Source of the DNA: Clostridia bacterium
GTDB lineage: Bacteria; Bacillota; Clostridia; RGIG6154
Reading direction: 5' to 3'
NCBI GenBank assembly: GCA_017409875.1
Contig: JAFQRW010000022.1
Span: 8,673 to 72,672 of the forward strand
DNA length: 64,000 nt
A model generated the notes under the pieces. It was not told where the DNA came from. It was given only the letters and a program-made list of their open reading frames with translations, and ran no database searches. A program made the translations under genes and the position numbers. Below are positions 17,330 through 27,782 of the stretch, piece by piece. Each line of letters begins with the position of its first letter. Position 1 is the first letter of the stretch.

Positions 17330-17367
17330 CCTTTATTCCCCGGTTCAAATCCGGGTGGCACCTCCAG
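17330..17367 (+). other. Partial tRNA 3' end (T-arm, acceptor 3' strand and CCA) = attR core
   Basis: CCCGG-TTCAAAT-CCGGG-TGGCACC-T-CCA with no complementary 5' acceptor upstream. Confidence 0.5.
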
Positions 17368-17578
17368 AACAAACGGCAATTTTCTTTGTGAAGATTGTCG
17401 TTTATTTTTGTACTCTCATCTATTTCCTATTCCCTCTTCACTTTTATCTAAAAAATTGTCGCTTCCATATAAGTAATAAAAAATGGTTGCTTTTATGAAC
17501 ACGAAACCACCATTTAAGTTAAATAAAACAATCTATTTGACCGCATTTTATGTAGTTTAAAAAAGTCATTTAAATCTA

Positions 17579-17607
17579 TTGCATTTTGCAAAAAAATATT
17601 ATATAAT
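17579..17607 (+). promoter_or_regulatory. Sigma-A-type promoter of the thi operon
   Basis: TTGCAT, 17 bp, TATAAT. Confidence 0.6.
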
Positions 17608-17620
17608 GTATCTAACAATT

Positions 17621-17765
17621 AAACAGACGGGAGCTTGTGTTACAGGCTGAGAGGAAGGTAAGACCTTCGACCGATAACCTGATTTGGATAATGCCAACGT
17701 AGGGATGCCTGAATATAGCATATTTGCGAAAGTTATCAAAATCGATAATTTTCGCTTTTTTATTG
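17621..17765 (+). promoter_or_regulatory. TPP (THI-box) riboswitch with intrinsic terminator
   Basis: GGGAGC...CTGAGAGG...AACCTGATTTGGATAATGCCAACGTAGGGA; terminator GCGAAAG...CTTTCGC followed by T7. Confidence 0.85.
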
Positions 17766-17854
17766 TTCTTGACACAACAATGTTCTTATTTGTTAAATGG
17801 TTTCCTCTGCTTAATTGAATAAAAGCCGAAAACATTTCGGAGAAAGAGGTAAAA

Positions 17855-18676
17855 ATGTTAGGAAACTGTCTTGAAAATGTGAAAAAAAAAACACCGCTCG
17901 TTCATAGCATTACAAACTATGTTACTGTTAACGATGTGGCAAATGTATTGCTCGCTTGCGGCGCTAGTCCGATTATGTCGGACGAGCCTGATGATGTAGC
18001 AGATATTACAACTATCTGCGGCGGACTCAACATCAACATAGGAACTCTAAACAAAAAAAGTATCGAGGGAATGCTTATAGCAGGTGCAAAAGCAAATGAG
18101 CTTGGTCATATTGTTTTGCTCGACCCTGTAGGTGCAGGTGCAAGTAAACTTCGATCTGACACTGCTATCAAACTTATAAATACAATAAAGTTTGATGTTA
18201 TTCGCGGAAATGTTTCAGAAATTAAAACTTTGGCACTTGGATGTGGAACCACAAAAGGCGTGGATGCAGATGCAGCAGATACAGTAACAGAAGATAATCT
18301 TGAGGATATGGTAGCCTTCGCAAAGAGCTTTTCCCAAAAGACTAAAGCGATTATAGCAATTACCGGTGCTATAGACCTTGTGGCCGATAGTAAAAAATGC
18401 TATATTATTCGTAACGGAAGACCGGAAATGAGTAAAATTACAGGCACAGGCTGCCAACTTTCAGGTTTGGCAACCGCTTACGTTGTAGCAAATCCCGACG
18501 ATAAAACGAAAGCAGTTGCTGCAGCGGTCTGTGTGATGGGACTTGCAGGCGAAATCGGTTATGCAAATCTAAAGTCCGGCGAAGGCAATGCTACTTTAAG
18601 AACCCGCATAATAGATGCTATTTTTAATATGGATGCAGATGTCTTAAACAAAGGAGCAAAATATGAAGTTCAATAA
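17855..18676 (+). CDS. thiM: Hydroxyethylthiazole kinase
   Basis: 273 aa; ThiM family; lies behind the TPP riboswitch. Confidence 0.9.
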   Translation: MLGNCLENVKKKTPLVHSITNYVTVNDVANVLLACGASPIMSDEPDDVADITTICGGLNINIGTLNKKSIEGMLIAGAKANELGHIVLLDPVGAGASKLRSDTAIKLINTIKFDVIRGNVSEIKTLALGCGTTKGVDADAADTVTEDNLEDMVAFAKSFSQKTKAIIAITGAIDLVADSKKCYIIRNGRPEMSKITGTGCQLSGLATAYVVANPDDKTKAVAAAVCVMGLAGEIGYANLKSGEGNATLRTRIIDAIFNMDADVLNKGAKYEVQ

Positions 18677-19307
18677 GAAAGATTTAATTTTATATGCTGT
18701 TACTGACCGCACATGGCTAAAGAACAATACACTTTATGAGCAAGTTGAAGAGGCACTTAAAGGAGGCGCAACCTTCGTCCAACTTCGTGAAAAGGAATTA
18801 GATGATGAAACATTCCTAAAGGAAGCCTTTGAAATTAAAAAACTTTGCAGACAATACAATGTACCATTTGTTATAAACGATAATGTTGATGTTGCCATAA
18901 AGGCAAATGCCGACGGAGTACATATAGGTCAATATGATATGGAGGCAGGATATGTGCGCTCTATTATCGGAAAAGATAAAATTCTTGGTATATCTGCACA
19001 AACTGTAGAGCAAGCCATTTTTGCTGAAAAAATGGGAGCTGATTATTTGGGAGTAGGTGCAGTATTTAACACAGACTCAAAGGCAGATGCAGACGATGTG
19101 AGCCATAAAACACTTAAAGCAATATGCGATGCTGTAAGTATTCCCGTTGTTGCTATTGGAGGTATTGGAATAAGCAACATTTTGGAGCTTACTGGAAGCG
19201 GAATACATGGTGTTGCTGTTATCAGTGCTATTTTTTCTGCAGAAAATATTAAAAAAACTACAGCAGAATTAAAAAAACTAACAAAGCAGGTAGTTTGTAA
19301 TGATTAA
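18663..19307 (+). CDS. thiE: Thiamine-phosphate synthase
   Basis: 214 aa, ThiE. Confidence 0.9.
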   Translation: MKFNKKDLILYAVTDRTWLKNNTLYEQVEEALKGGATFVQLREKELDDETFLKEAFEIKKLCRQYNVPFVINDNVDVAIKANADGVHIGQYDMEAGYVRSIIGKDKILGISAQTVEQAIFAEKMGADYLGVGAVFNTDSKADADDVSHKTLKAICDAVSIPVVAIGGIGISNILELTGSGIHGVAVISAIFSAENIKKTTAELKKLTKQVVCND

Positions 19308-19956
19308 AGGTGCGATATTTGATTTAGACGGAACCATTCTTGATTCGATGTTCATTTGGGGCACAATTGGAGAAGATTATCTGCGTTCTCTTGGGCAAGA
19401 ACCAAAGGAAAGTTTAAAAGAAACCTTTAAAACCTTCACTTTAGAGCAGGCTGCTCATTATTACAGGGATAATTATGGAGTTGCTTTGTCTGTAAATGAA
19501 ATTATAAGCAGTGTAAATAAAATGGTTGAAAACTACTATAAAAACAGTGTACCGCTAAAGCACGGCATAGAAATTTTCTTGGGAAAACTCAAAACAAAAG
19601 GTGTAAAAATGTGCATTGCCACAGTTACAGATAAACATTTGGCAGAAGCCGCACTTGACAGGCTCGGTATAAGAGATTATTTTTCTGAAATACTTACTTG
19701 TGCATCAGTAGGACACAACAAAGAAGAACCTCACATATACCGCGAGGCGCAAAAGCATCTTGGGACTGACAAGGGAGAAACCGTTGTGTTTGAGGATTCA
19801 TTACATGCTTTGAAAACTGCAAAGTCAGATGGCTTTGTTACCGCAGGAGTTTTTGATGCTCACGAAGAAAATCAAGATGAACTTAAAAAAATAGCAGATA
19901 GTTATATTGAAAACTATTTAGATTTTGATAAGTTTTGGAGCAGTATAAAAATATGA
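19300..19956 (+). CDS. HAD-family hydrolase (beta-PGM-like) embedded in the thi operon
   Basis: FDLDGTILDS motif I. Confidence 0.75.
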   Translation: MIKGAIFDLDGTILDSMFIWGTIGEDYLRSLGQEPKESLKETFKTFTLEQAAHYYRDNYGVALSVNEIISSVNKMVENYYKNSVPLKHGIEIFLGKLKTKGVKMCIATVTDKHLAEAALDRLGIRDYFSEILTCASVGHNKEEPHIYREAQKHLGTDKGETVVFEDSLHALKTAKSDGFVTAGVFDAHEENQDELKKIADSYIENYLDFDKFWSSIKI

Positions 19957-20741
19957 AAGTGGCATTGACTATTGCAGGCAGTGATTCCTGTGGAGGTGCA
20001 GGTATTCAGGCAGACATTAAAACAATGACCATGAATGGTGTTTATGCTATGAGTGCAATTACTGCAATGACGGCACAAAATACAACTGGCGTAAGAGAAA
20101 TTTTACAATCGACTCCCCTGTTTTTAAGGCAGCAAATTGATGCAATATTCGAGGATATTTACCCTGATAGCGTCAAAATTGGTATGGTATCGGGGAGCGA
20201 ACTGATATGCATAATTGCAGACAGACTTAAATACTATAACGCAAAAAATGTAGTTGTGGATCCTGTTATGGTTGCAACAAGTGGTTCATCTCTTATAAAA
20301 ACAGGTGCAGTGCAGACACTTACCGATAAACTTTTTCCTGTCGCAACACTTGTTACACCGAATATTCCTGAAGCTGAAGTTTTATCAGGACTCTCAATCA
20401 AAAGTAAGGATGATATGAAAGTGGCAGCAAAAAGGATTGGTGATACATACGGTCCAGCTGTTCTCTTAAAGGGAGGTCATAACATAAATGATGCAAATGA
20501 CCTTTTATATACAAATGGGGCATATCGGTGGTTTAAAGGGAAACGAATTGACAATCCAAACACACACGGAACCGGATGTACGCTATCAAGTGCTATTTCA
20601 TCAAATCTTGCAAAGGGATACACCCTTGAAACATCTATACAAAAAGCAAAAGATTATATTTCAGGAGCTCTTTCTGCTATGCTTGATTTAGGGAAAGGCT
20701 CAGGCCCGCTAAATCACGCTTTTTGGTTAACTGACAAATAA
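19953..20741 (+). CDS. thiD: Hydroxymethylpyrimidine/phosphomethylpyrimidine kinase
   Basis: GSDSCGGAGIQADIKT; start taken at MKVALT. Confidence 0.9.
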   Translation: MKVALTIAGSDSCGGAGIQADIKTMTMNGVYAMSAITAMTAQNTTGVREILQSTPLFLRQQIDAIFEDIYPDSVKIGMVSGSELICIIADRLKYYNAKNVVVDPVMVATSGSSLIKTGAVQTLTDKLFPVATLVTPNIPEAEVLSGLSIKSKDDMKVAAKRIGDTYGPAVLLKGGHNINDANDLLYTNGAYRWFKGKRIDNPNTHGTGCTLSSAISSNLAKGYTLETSIQKAKDYISGALSAMLDLGKGSGPLNHAFWLTDK

Positions 20742-20778
20742 AAATTTGTCTGCGGCAAATAAAGTAGTTTTCGCAGTA

Positions 20779-20815
20779 AAACACCCCTCTGTATGAATCA
20801 GAGGGGTGTTTTATT
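20779..20815. terminator. Bidirectional intrinsic terminator
   Basis: ACACCCCTCTG...CAGAGGGGTGT followed by a T-run. Confidence 0.7.
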
Positions 20816-22130
20816 ATTGTTGTTTATTATTTATTGGTTTTACCATTACCATACTTATAGCAAGGGCTACTACAAAAAGCACAAGTGTTACTAACAAAAC
20901 AGCTTGATATCCTATTGGATTTACCATATTACCTGCGATGTTTACTTTTTCTCCAAAGTGATTTACAATCCATGTCGCAAGTTGGTTTCCTGAAAGTCCT
21001 GCAAACGCCCACGCAGAAAGTGTAATTCCGTGAATAGCACTGATGTTACTCATTCCGTAGTGGTCTGACAAAAGAGTGGCAACGTTTGAAAAACCACCGC
21101 CGTAGCCTGCGTTTACCATCATAATAAGTACGATAACCAGCATAATTAACAGGGTATTCCCTGCACCATTTTCTATACCGCCAGTAATAACCACAAGGCC
21201 TGCTAAAACAATAGATATTATAAATATCATTTTGTAAATTGTATTTCTATCTTTAAGTTTATCTGCCCACGCAGAAAAGCCTACTCTGCCAGCAGCATTG
21301 AATATTGCTGATACTGTAGAAATAATTCCAACAAATCCTGCAAGTCCAAGACATTTAACAATATCTTTTTCCTGTGAAATAAAAGCTAATCCGCAGGTGA
21401 TATTTATGTAAAACATAAGCCAAATTCCAATATAATTTGAAAGCGGTTTGGTTTTAAGAACAGACATAAGACTTTTCTTTTCAGCTTTTGTAGTCGGTTC
21501 ATGCCAGTCATCAGGCTTTTTAAGAAGCAGATGACCTGCAAACATCATTACGAAATATACCACAGCCAAAACAAAGAACATTTTGTATATTCCACCATCT
21601 CCAAGTCCAACCAGCATCCATTCCATAATAGGACTTGCAATAGCTTTTGCTGCACCAAATCCTGCTACTGCAAGACCCGTAGCCAAGCCCTTTTTGTCTT
21701 TAAACCAGAGCATTAAGGTTTTAACAGGAGATAAATATCCTGTTCCAAGACCTATACCCATAATAAATCCATAACTAATGTAAATTCCTATTAACGAAAT
21801 AATACTCCCTTTATTCATTCCGCCATAATAAATAAATGCGCCTGTACCAAGCATACCAAGTGTAAAGCATATAGCAGAAATGAGTGATGACTTATGGATA
21901 TCTTTTTCTACCACGTTTCCTAAAAATGCTGCAGACATACCAAGAAAGAAGATTGCTAAGCTAAATGCCCATTCAGTTGCACTTTTTGAAAAGCCAATGT
22001 AGTTAGCAATTTCCTGACTGAAAAGTGACCAGCAGTATACTGTACCAATGCTGCAATGAATTAAAAGTGCAGGTATTGCACCTCTTATCCATTTTTTCAT
22101 GCCGTAAGAGTCTGTTTTTGTGTTAGACAT
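20814..22130 (-). CDS. MFS transporter, oxalate/formate-antiporter-like
   Basis: 438 aa, 12 TM, OFA-type. Confidence 0.8.
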   Translation of the reverse strand: MSNTKTDSYGMKKWIRGAIPALLIHCSIGTVYCWSLFSQEIANYIGFSKSATEWAFSLAIFFLGMSAAFLGNVVEKDIHKSSLISAICFTLGMLGTGAFIYYGGMNKGSIISLIGIYISYGFIMGIGLGTGYLSPVKTLMLWFKDKKGLATGLAVAGFGAAKAIASPIMEWMLVGLGDGGIYKMFFVLAVVYFVMMFAGHLLLKKPDDWHEPTTKAEKKSLMSVLKTKPLSNYIGIWLMFYINITCGLAFISQEKDIVKCLGLAGFVGIISTVSAIFNAAGRVGFSAWADKLKDRNTIYKMIFIISIVLAGLVVITGGIENGAGNTLLIMLVIVLIMMVNAGYGGGFSNVATLLSDHYGMSNISAIHGITLSAWAFAGLSGNQLATWIVNHFGEKVNIAGNMVNPIGYQAVLLVTLVLFVVALAISMVMVKPINNKQQ

Positions 22131-22298
22131 AATAAAAATCCTTTCTTTTTTTAATAAAAAAGAGCAAACCAGTTTTTCAACTGAGTTTGCCCAGACGGTC
22201 GGCTGACTATATTTTACACTCCACCGCGGTAATCCGCGAAATCCGTCAGTTGTGTAAAACTACAATTAAATTTTACACTATTTTGTACTTTTTGTCAA
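22131..22298 (-). promoter_or_regulatory. Promoter (TTGACA-17-TAAAAT) plus structured leader with intrinsic terminator (candidate riboswitch/attenuator)
   Basis: Leader contains the CGCGGATTACCGCG hairpin, alternative pairings CTGACGG / GTCAGCCGACCGTC, CCGTCTGGGCA, and a terminator ending in T6 just before the RBS. Confidence 0.4.
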
Positions 22299-22327
22299 TT
22301 ATAATTTTATTTTAGCACAGTATTTCT

Positions 22328-23182
22328 TTAAAACAGTATACTGTGTTTTTTTATTACTCTTTCTTTTGGCGGAATCTTTAAAATGCCTTTTTTCTTTGTT
22401 ATATCGCCGTCGGTATCAGCAAAATCCGGTATCCCGCACCATGGTTCAAAACAAATATATTCTGCGTCTTTAACTGTCCAAATTCCAAGATAATCAAAGC
22501 CCTGATATTCAATCTCAATACGTTCATCAGTTTCATTATTTTTTATCCACGCTTTTTTGGATTTTAAGTGTGAAAATACCAAAGTATCAATTTCAGGAAC
22601 AAAATATTTGTAAGAAAGTTTTATTTCATTTGTATTCTTACCGACACTAAATGTTTCATTACTTAAAAGTGCATCTTTTAATTTAAGTGAATTTAAATCC
22701 TCTTGTTGCTCAAATTTAATACTATATTTTTCAATACCTCCGGGACAGCAATACGCCTCATGAGCGCCTATTGAACAATACATTGTCTTTTCAAGCAAAT
22801 TTTTTATATTATACTCAATATTAAGTTTCGACTTTTCTAAAGTGTAAATTATTCTAAGTTCGTATTCAAACGGAAAAACTTTAATAGTTTGCTGATCGGA
22901 CTTGTGCAAAAACACCGCTTTGTTCCTATCGTGGCTTTCCAATAAAAATTCAGTATCTCTTGCATATCCGTGTTTAGTTAAGTGATATTTCTTGCCATCA
23001 TAAACAAACTCATCATTTTTAAGGCCCCCGCAAACAGGAAAAAGCACAGGTGCGTGCCTGCTCCAGAAACCGGGTTTTCCTTGCCAGATCATCTCTTTTC
23101 CATCTTTTTTTATGCTTTGAATTTCAGCACCTAATGTGGAAATTATAACACTTATATATTCATTTTCAAGTACTATATCCAT
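22328..23182 (-). CDS. Aldose 1-epimerase family protein
   Basis: 284 aa, mutarotase-like. Confidence 0.75.
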   Translation of the reverse strand: MDIVLENEYISVIISTLGAEIQSIKKDGKEMIWQGKPGFWSRHAPVLFPVCGGLKNDEFVYDGKKYHLTKHGYARDTEFLLESHDRNKAVFLHKSDQQTIKVFPFEYELRIIYTLEKSKLNIEYNIKNLLEKTMYCSIGAHEAYCCPGGIEKYSIKFEQQEDLNSLKLKDALLSNETFSVGKNTNEIKLSYKYFVPEIDTLVFSHLKSKKAWIKNNETDERIEIEYQGFDYLGIWTVKDAEYICFEPWCGIPDFADTDGDITKKKGILKIPPKERVIKKHSILF

Positions 23183-23191
23183 ATTAACTCC

Positions 23192-24463
23192 TTATTTTAA
23201 AATCAATTCTTCGTTATTTTTTGTTGCAAGCAGCATAGATATTATTTTTTCAGTAACCTCGGCCGTGCTTTCATTGCCGAGTGATTTTCTTATCTTCCAC
23301 ACAAATTCAAGTTCACTTTGTGTCAAAAGTAAATCTTCTCTTCTTGTGCCTGATTTAATTATGTCTATTGCAGGAAAAATGCGCCTTTCCTGCAGTTTCC
23401 TGTCCAAATGGATTTCCATATTACCTGTGCCTTTAAATTCTTCAAAAATAACATCATCCATGCGGCTGCCGGTTTCAATCAAAGCTGTTGCTAAAATAGT
23501 TACACTTCCTCCGCCTGCAAAGTTTCTTGCTGCGCCAAAAAACTTTTTGGGAAAATAAAGCGCACCTGGGTCAATACCTCCAGAAAGTGTTCTTCCTGTA
23601 GGTGGTATAACCAGATTATATGCACGTGTAAGCCTTGTAATGGAATCAAGGAGTATTACAACGTCTTTTCTGTGCTCAGCAAGGCGTTTTGCACGCTCCA
23701 AAACCATTTCCGCAACCTTGATATGATGTTCAGGCTGCTCATCAAACGTAGAGTATATTATATCACCGTTTATTGAATCCTGCATATCTGATACTTCTTC
23801 AGGTCGTTCATCTATTAAAAGTACTATTAACTCACTGTCCGGATGATTTTTAGTTATTGAATTTGCAATATTCTTTAAAAGCGTTGTCTTGCCGGCTTTG
23901 GGCGGAGCAACAATTAATCCTCTTTGTCCCTTTCCAAGTGGGGCAATTAAATCAATAAGCCTCATTGAAAAGCAGTTTTGAACAGTTTCCAAAACCATAC
24001 GCTCATTGGGATAAACAGGTCGCATAGTCTCGAAGTTTTTGCGTTTTAATGACACATATGGCAAATCGTCATTAACAGTTTTAACAAATATTAAAGGTTT
24101 AAAACGTTCACCCTCTTTTGTAGGACGTGTATTTCCTATAACTTTGTCTCCTGTTTTTAAGTTAAATCTTTTAATCTGGCTTGGTGAAACATAGATATCT
24201 TTGCTTGTTGACAAATAATTTGAGCCTCTTAAAAAACCGTAACCATCCGGAAGCACTTCTAAAACTCCAGTGACCTGCTCATTAGTTGCATCTTCTTTTT
24301 CGTCCGGCTCGCTTTGAGGCAATTCAACTTCTTGTTTCAGCGTTTCTTTTAAAAGCTCTAAAAGTTCATTTTTTCTGTACTTTGAATACGATTTCACACC
24401 GTTTTCTTTTGCTATTTCCTGAAGCTCCATAAGTGTTTTTTCATTCAGTTGCTCAATATTCAT
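23192..24463 (-). CDS. rho: Transcription termination factor Rho
   Basis: 423 aa; Walker A GKTTLL; RNA-binding N-terminus. Confidence 0.9.
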   Translation of the reverse strand: MNIEQLNEKTLMELQEIAKENGVKSYSKYRKNELLELLKETLKQEVELPQSEPDEKEDATNEQVTGVLEVLPDGYGFLRGSNYLSTSKDIYVSPSQIKRFNLKTGDKVIGNTRPTKEGERFKPLIFVKTVNDDLPYVSLKRKNFETMRPVYPNERMVLETVQNCFSMRLIDLIAPLGKGQRGLIVAPPKAGKTTLLKNIANSITKNHPDSELIVLLIDERPEEVSDMQDSINGDIIYSTFDEQPEHHIKVAEMVLERAKRLAEHRKDVVILLDSITRLTRAYNLVIPPTGRTLSGGIDPGALYFPKKFFGAARNFAGGGSVTILATALIETGSRMDDVIFEEFKGTGNMEIHLDRKLQERRIFPAIDIIKSGTRREDLLLTQSELEFVWKIRKSLGNESTAEVTEKIISMLLATKNNEELILK

Positions 24464-24473
24464 TTTACTCTCC

Positions 24474-25103
24474 CTATTTTAAAATCAGCTTGATTAACAG
24501 ATTGTTGTTATAAAAATATTTAACAAGCGAAGTTTCCTGTATTGCGTTATTAACAGGTTCAAAAACTGTTGTACCTGCAAACAAAACCACACATGCAAGA
24601 AAAACCCACAAAAACATAGCTGCAGAAATTACTCCGCACGCCGCGCCCCCTGCCCTGTTTAATAAATTCAAAACTGGAAGCTTCATTATTAAATCAAACA
24701 CCCCTTCAAATATACGAAAAGCAAGTTTTACTATAAGATATATAGCAACAATACAAAAAACACTAACAATAATTTTTGTCACCGTGCTGCTTATGGCAAC
24801 ATTTGCATTATTGGACATTTCAAGTGCAATGTCTGAAAACCATTTTGGCAGGCCCGTTAAAGCATCCTGCTGTGAAACAATAAGTGAATCTGCTATTTTA
24901 TTTTCAACCAAATCAGCCTTGTCCTTTACAAACGAAAGGCTCATTATGTACTCGCTCACAGGCTGGTAAACAACAGCTGTAACTATTCCTGAAAGAACAA
25001 ACGACAAAATCCCGAACAATCCTTTTACAAGCCCTTTTTTATAGCCCTTTGCAGCAAGTATCCATATCAGTATTATGCACACCAAATCAAGTATTAAACT
25101 CAA
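24474..25103 (-). CDS. CvpA-family membrane protein
   Basis: 209 aa, 4 TM. Confidence 0.6.
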   Translation of the reverse strand: MSLILDLVCIILIWILAAKGYKKGLVKGLFGILSFVLSGIVTAVVYQPVSEYIMSLSFVKDKADLVENKIADSLIVSQQDALTGLPKWFSDIALEMSNNANVAISSTVTKIIVSVFCIVAIYLIVKLAFRIFEGVFDLIMKLPVLNLLNRAGGAACGVISAAMFLWVFLACVVLFAGTTVFEPVNNAIQETSLVKYFYNNNLLIKLILK

Positions 25104-25117
25104 TATTTACACCGCCT

Positions 25118-26227
25118 TTAATTTCTGCCGTACTCTATTTTATAAATTCCAAGCGTACTTCCTGAAAGTGTGAAAATATGCTTATTGTCATCAGCAAGTT
25201 TGATGCTTTGCGCATCTTTGAACATATCACCTACAGCTTTTACATTACCTCTTTGACTTACAAGATACACTTTATTTGAGTTTGAAACAATTATTTTAGA
25301 ATTGTTTTCATCAATCATTTCAGCTTGTCCGTCTATTACGGCAACACCTTTTTCTCTAAGTGAGGAATTTAAAACTACTACTTTACTTCCAGAGCCCTCT
25401 GAGTTGCTAATCGCAACTGTTGGCATTTTAGTGTTTTTGATATCAAAGCACAACAGGTTATGACCTGTAAAATCATACTTTTTCTTAATTTTGCCGTTTT
25501 GTGAAACAAGCCTTAAACCACTATCTGTAGCAATCAAAGCTTTGGAATTTTTATATTCTAATTGATATGCAAGCTCAGAATCTAATATTACCTCTGAAAC
25601 AGGATTTTCCTCATTTAACTTGAAGAATTTAACAACAGATTTTAAATTGTCATCTGCTAAAACTCCTGCAATTGCAAACCTTTTATTATTATCAGAAATT
25701 TTAACGTCAACCACATACAAATCTCCTGAATACCATGTGTAAATCTTGCTTCCTAAGTTGTTGTATATAACAACTGTCGACTTGTATCCACTTTCACTTG
25801 TAAGCACTGCGGTATATCCGTTTTGATTAACACTTACGCTGTAAATAGGCTCTTTTTCACTGATTTTGTACGCCTGCTTACCGTTTTTAAGTACAATCGC
25901 ATTTTCAGCGCCAACATCTGCAACAACCGCATATTTATCTGAAGTGTAAATATACGGCGTGTAAAGTTTAAATGCTATATCTGCATTGTATTCGCCTTTA
26001 TTATTATAAAATTCAATTCCTTTTGAATTTACAACTGCTAAAGCACCATTATACTGTTCAAAATCATGTTCTGACACAACCGACGGAGTTATTGTTGTTC
26101 CTGTATCTGTTATTTTCATTCCAGCAATAACAGAAAACAAAAAACTTCCTATATTCACCAAAAGTGCAAGCAATAAAACTATAATTATCGTAAAAACCGC
26201 AAGTCTTTTTACATTAACTTTTTTCAT
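25118..26227 (-). CDS. Hypothetical membrane-anchored protein (DUF5711-like)
   Basis: 369 aa; N-terminal TM. Confidence 0.55.
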   Translation of the reverse strand: MKKVNVKRLAVFTIIIVLLLALLVNIGSFLFSVIAGMKITDTGTTITPSVVSEHDFEQYNGALAVVNSKGIEFYNNKGEYNADIAFKLYTPYIYTSDKYAVVADVGAENAIVLKNGKQAYKISEKEPIYSVSVNQNGYTAVLTSESGYKSTVVIYNNLGSKIYTWYSGDLYVVDVKISDNNKRFAIAGVLADDNLKSVVKFFKLNEENPVSEVILDSELAYQLEYKNSKALIATDSGLRLVSQNGKIKKKYDFTGHNLLCFDIKNTKMPTVAISNSEGSGSKVVVLNSSLREKGVAVIDGQAEMIDENNSKIIVSNSNKVYLVSQRGNVKAVGDMFKDAQSIKLADDNKHIFTLSGSTLGIYKIEYGRN

Positions 26228-26238
26228 TTACCTTCTCC

Positions 26239-26973
26239 TTAATACTCAACACTTTTAAGATAAAGCCCCTGTGGCGGTGCAGTAATACCTGCCAGACGCC
26301 TGTCTTTACTTTCGATAATATTTTTCACATCCTGCGGATTTAATTTTCCTCCGCCGACATACATAAGCGTTCCTGCAATAATTCTTACCATGTTATACAA
26401 AAAGCCGTTTGAGGTTATTGACATTTGTATATCATCGCCGTTTTGCTCAAATGTAAGTTCATAAACCGTTCTTACAGTGGTCTTAACCTGTGCGCCTGAT
26501 GCCATAAAACACTTAAAATCATGAGTGCCAACAATATATTTTGCTGCCTCTTTCATTTTTTCTAAATCAAGCTTGTATTTATAATGGTACGCATAGTTTT
26601 GCACAAATGGGTTGGGAATTTCGCTATTATGGATTTTATAAATATAGGTCTTTTGTTTCACAGAAAATCTTCCGTCAAAATCATCAGACACTTCTTTTGC
26701 ACTTTTAACTGAAATATCATTCGGCAAAATACTGTTTAAAGCCACGGGATACTTATCCACAGGCATTTGAGAATTTGTTTTAAAAGACAAGACATAATTT
26801 AAGGCATGAACACCCGAATCGGTCCTACCGCAGCCCGAAACGGTTATTTTTTCTTTAGTTATTTTGGAAATACACTCTTCTACTACCTGCTGGATAGTCA
26901 AAAAACCTGTTTGACGCTGATATCCGAAGTAATTAGAACCGTCATACATAAGAGTAAGAGCAATGTTTTTCAT
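26239..26973 (-). CDS. truA: tRNA pseudouridine(38-40) synthase
   Basis: 244 aa, TruA. Confidence 0.9.
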   Translation of the reverse strand: MKNIALTLMYDGSNYFGYQRQTGFLTIQQVVEECISKITKEKITVSGCGRTDSGVHALNYVLSFKTNSQMPVDKYPVALNSILPNDISVKSAKEVSDDFDGRFSVKQKTYIYKIHNSEIPNPFVQNYAYHYKYKLDLEKMKEAAKYIVGTHDFKCFMASGAQVKTTVRTVYELTFEQNGDDIQMSITSNGFLYNMVRIIAGTLMYVGGGKLNPQDVKNIIESKDRRLAGITAPPQGLYLKSVEY

Positions 26974-26978
26974 TTATC

Positions 26979-27782
26979 TCACCCCGCAAAAATATTCAAA
27001 AATATAATTAAAATTAATAAAATCACGATACTAAAAAGTGCTATATAATCACGTTTTTCACATTTTAGTACTTTAAGTTTAGTTCTGCCGTCGCCGCCTT
27101 TATAACAACGGCATTCCATTGCTGTAGCAAGTTCATCTGCTCTTTTAAACGAGCTTATAAAAAGAGGGATAAGTATTGGTATCATTGCTTTTGCTCGCTT
27201 TAAAATGCTACCCGTTGTAAAATCTGCACCCCTTGCACTCTGTGCTTTAATAATTTTGTCAGTTTCTTCTAAAAGTGTGGGTATAAATCTTAATGCTATT
27301 GTCATCATCATTGCGATTTCATGAGACGGCACCTTTATTGCATTAAACGGCTTTAAGAGACGTTCAATACCATCTGTAAGCATAATAGGTGATGTTGTAA
27401 GTGTTAAAAGCGTTGTTGCTGTTACAAGCAAAAACAGTCTAAGCACCATTACAAATGCGATTATAACCCCCTCATAAGTAGCTCTTAAAAACCAAACCTT
27501 AAAAAGTGTGCGTCCGTCTGTTAAAAACACATTAATTACCGCAGTAAATACCATAATGAACAAAAGCGGTTTTAAACCCTTAAAAATAAACCCTACCGGT
27601 ACTTTGCTTAAAAAAACGGCAATCGCAATAAACAGTGTACATAAAAGATATGCATAAAAAGAGTCCGCAACAAACAAACCCACAATTATTAAAAGTGCAA
27701 TCATAATTTTAACTCTGGGGTCTAATTTGTGTATTATTGAATTTGTTGGATAAAACTGTCCCAATGTAATGTCGCCTAACAT
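26979..27782 (-). CDS. ecfT: ECF transporter T component
   Basis: 267 aa, CbiQ family. Confidence 0.85.
   Translation of the reverse strand: MLGDITLGQFYPTNSIIHKLDPRVKIMIALLIIVGLFVADSFYAYLLCTLFIAIAVFLSKVPVGFIFKGLKPLLFIMVFTAVINVFLTDGRTLFKVWFLRATYEGVIIAFVMVLRLFLLVTATTLLTLTTSPIMLTDGIERLLKPFNAIKVPSHEIAMMMTIALRFIPTLLEETDKIIKAQSARGADFTTGSILKRAKAMIPILIPLFISSFKRADELATAMECRCYKGGDGRTKLKVLKCEKRDYIALFSIVILLILIIFLNIFAG

Larger units (their letters stand above)
1..17367. mobile_element. Integrated prophage, right-hand portion (packaging, replication, DGR, lysogeny, integrase, att); the left end lies outside the window
   Basis: Contiguous phage-type genes: terminase large and small subunits, SSB, replisome organiser, Dam MTase, Cro/CI pair, ImmA peptidase, tyrosine integrase. 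The block ends at a partial tRNA 3' end at 17330-17367. Confidence 0.8.

Noticed and set aside
17292-17367. Full-length tRNA gene next to the integrase
   Set aside because: Only the T-arm and the 3' acceptor strand are present. No complementary GGTGCCA 5' acceptor lies within 80 nt, so this is an att duplicate.
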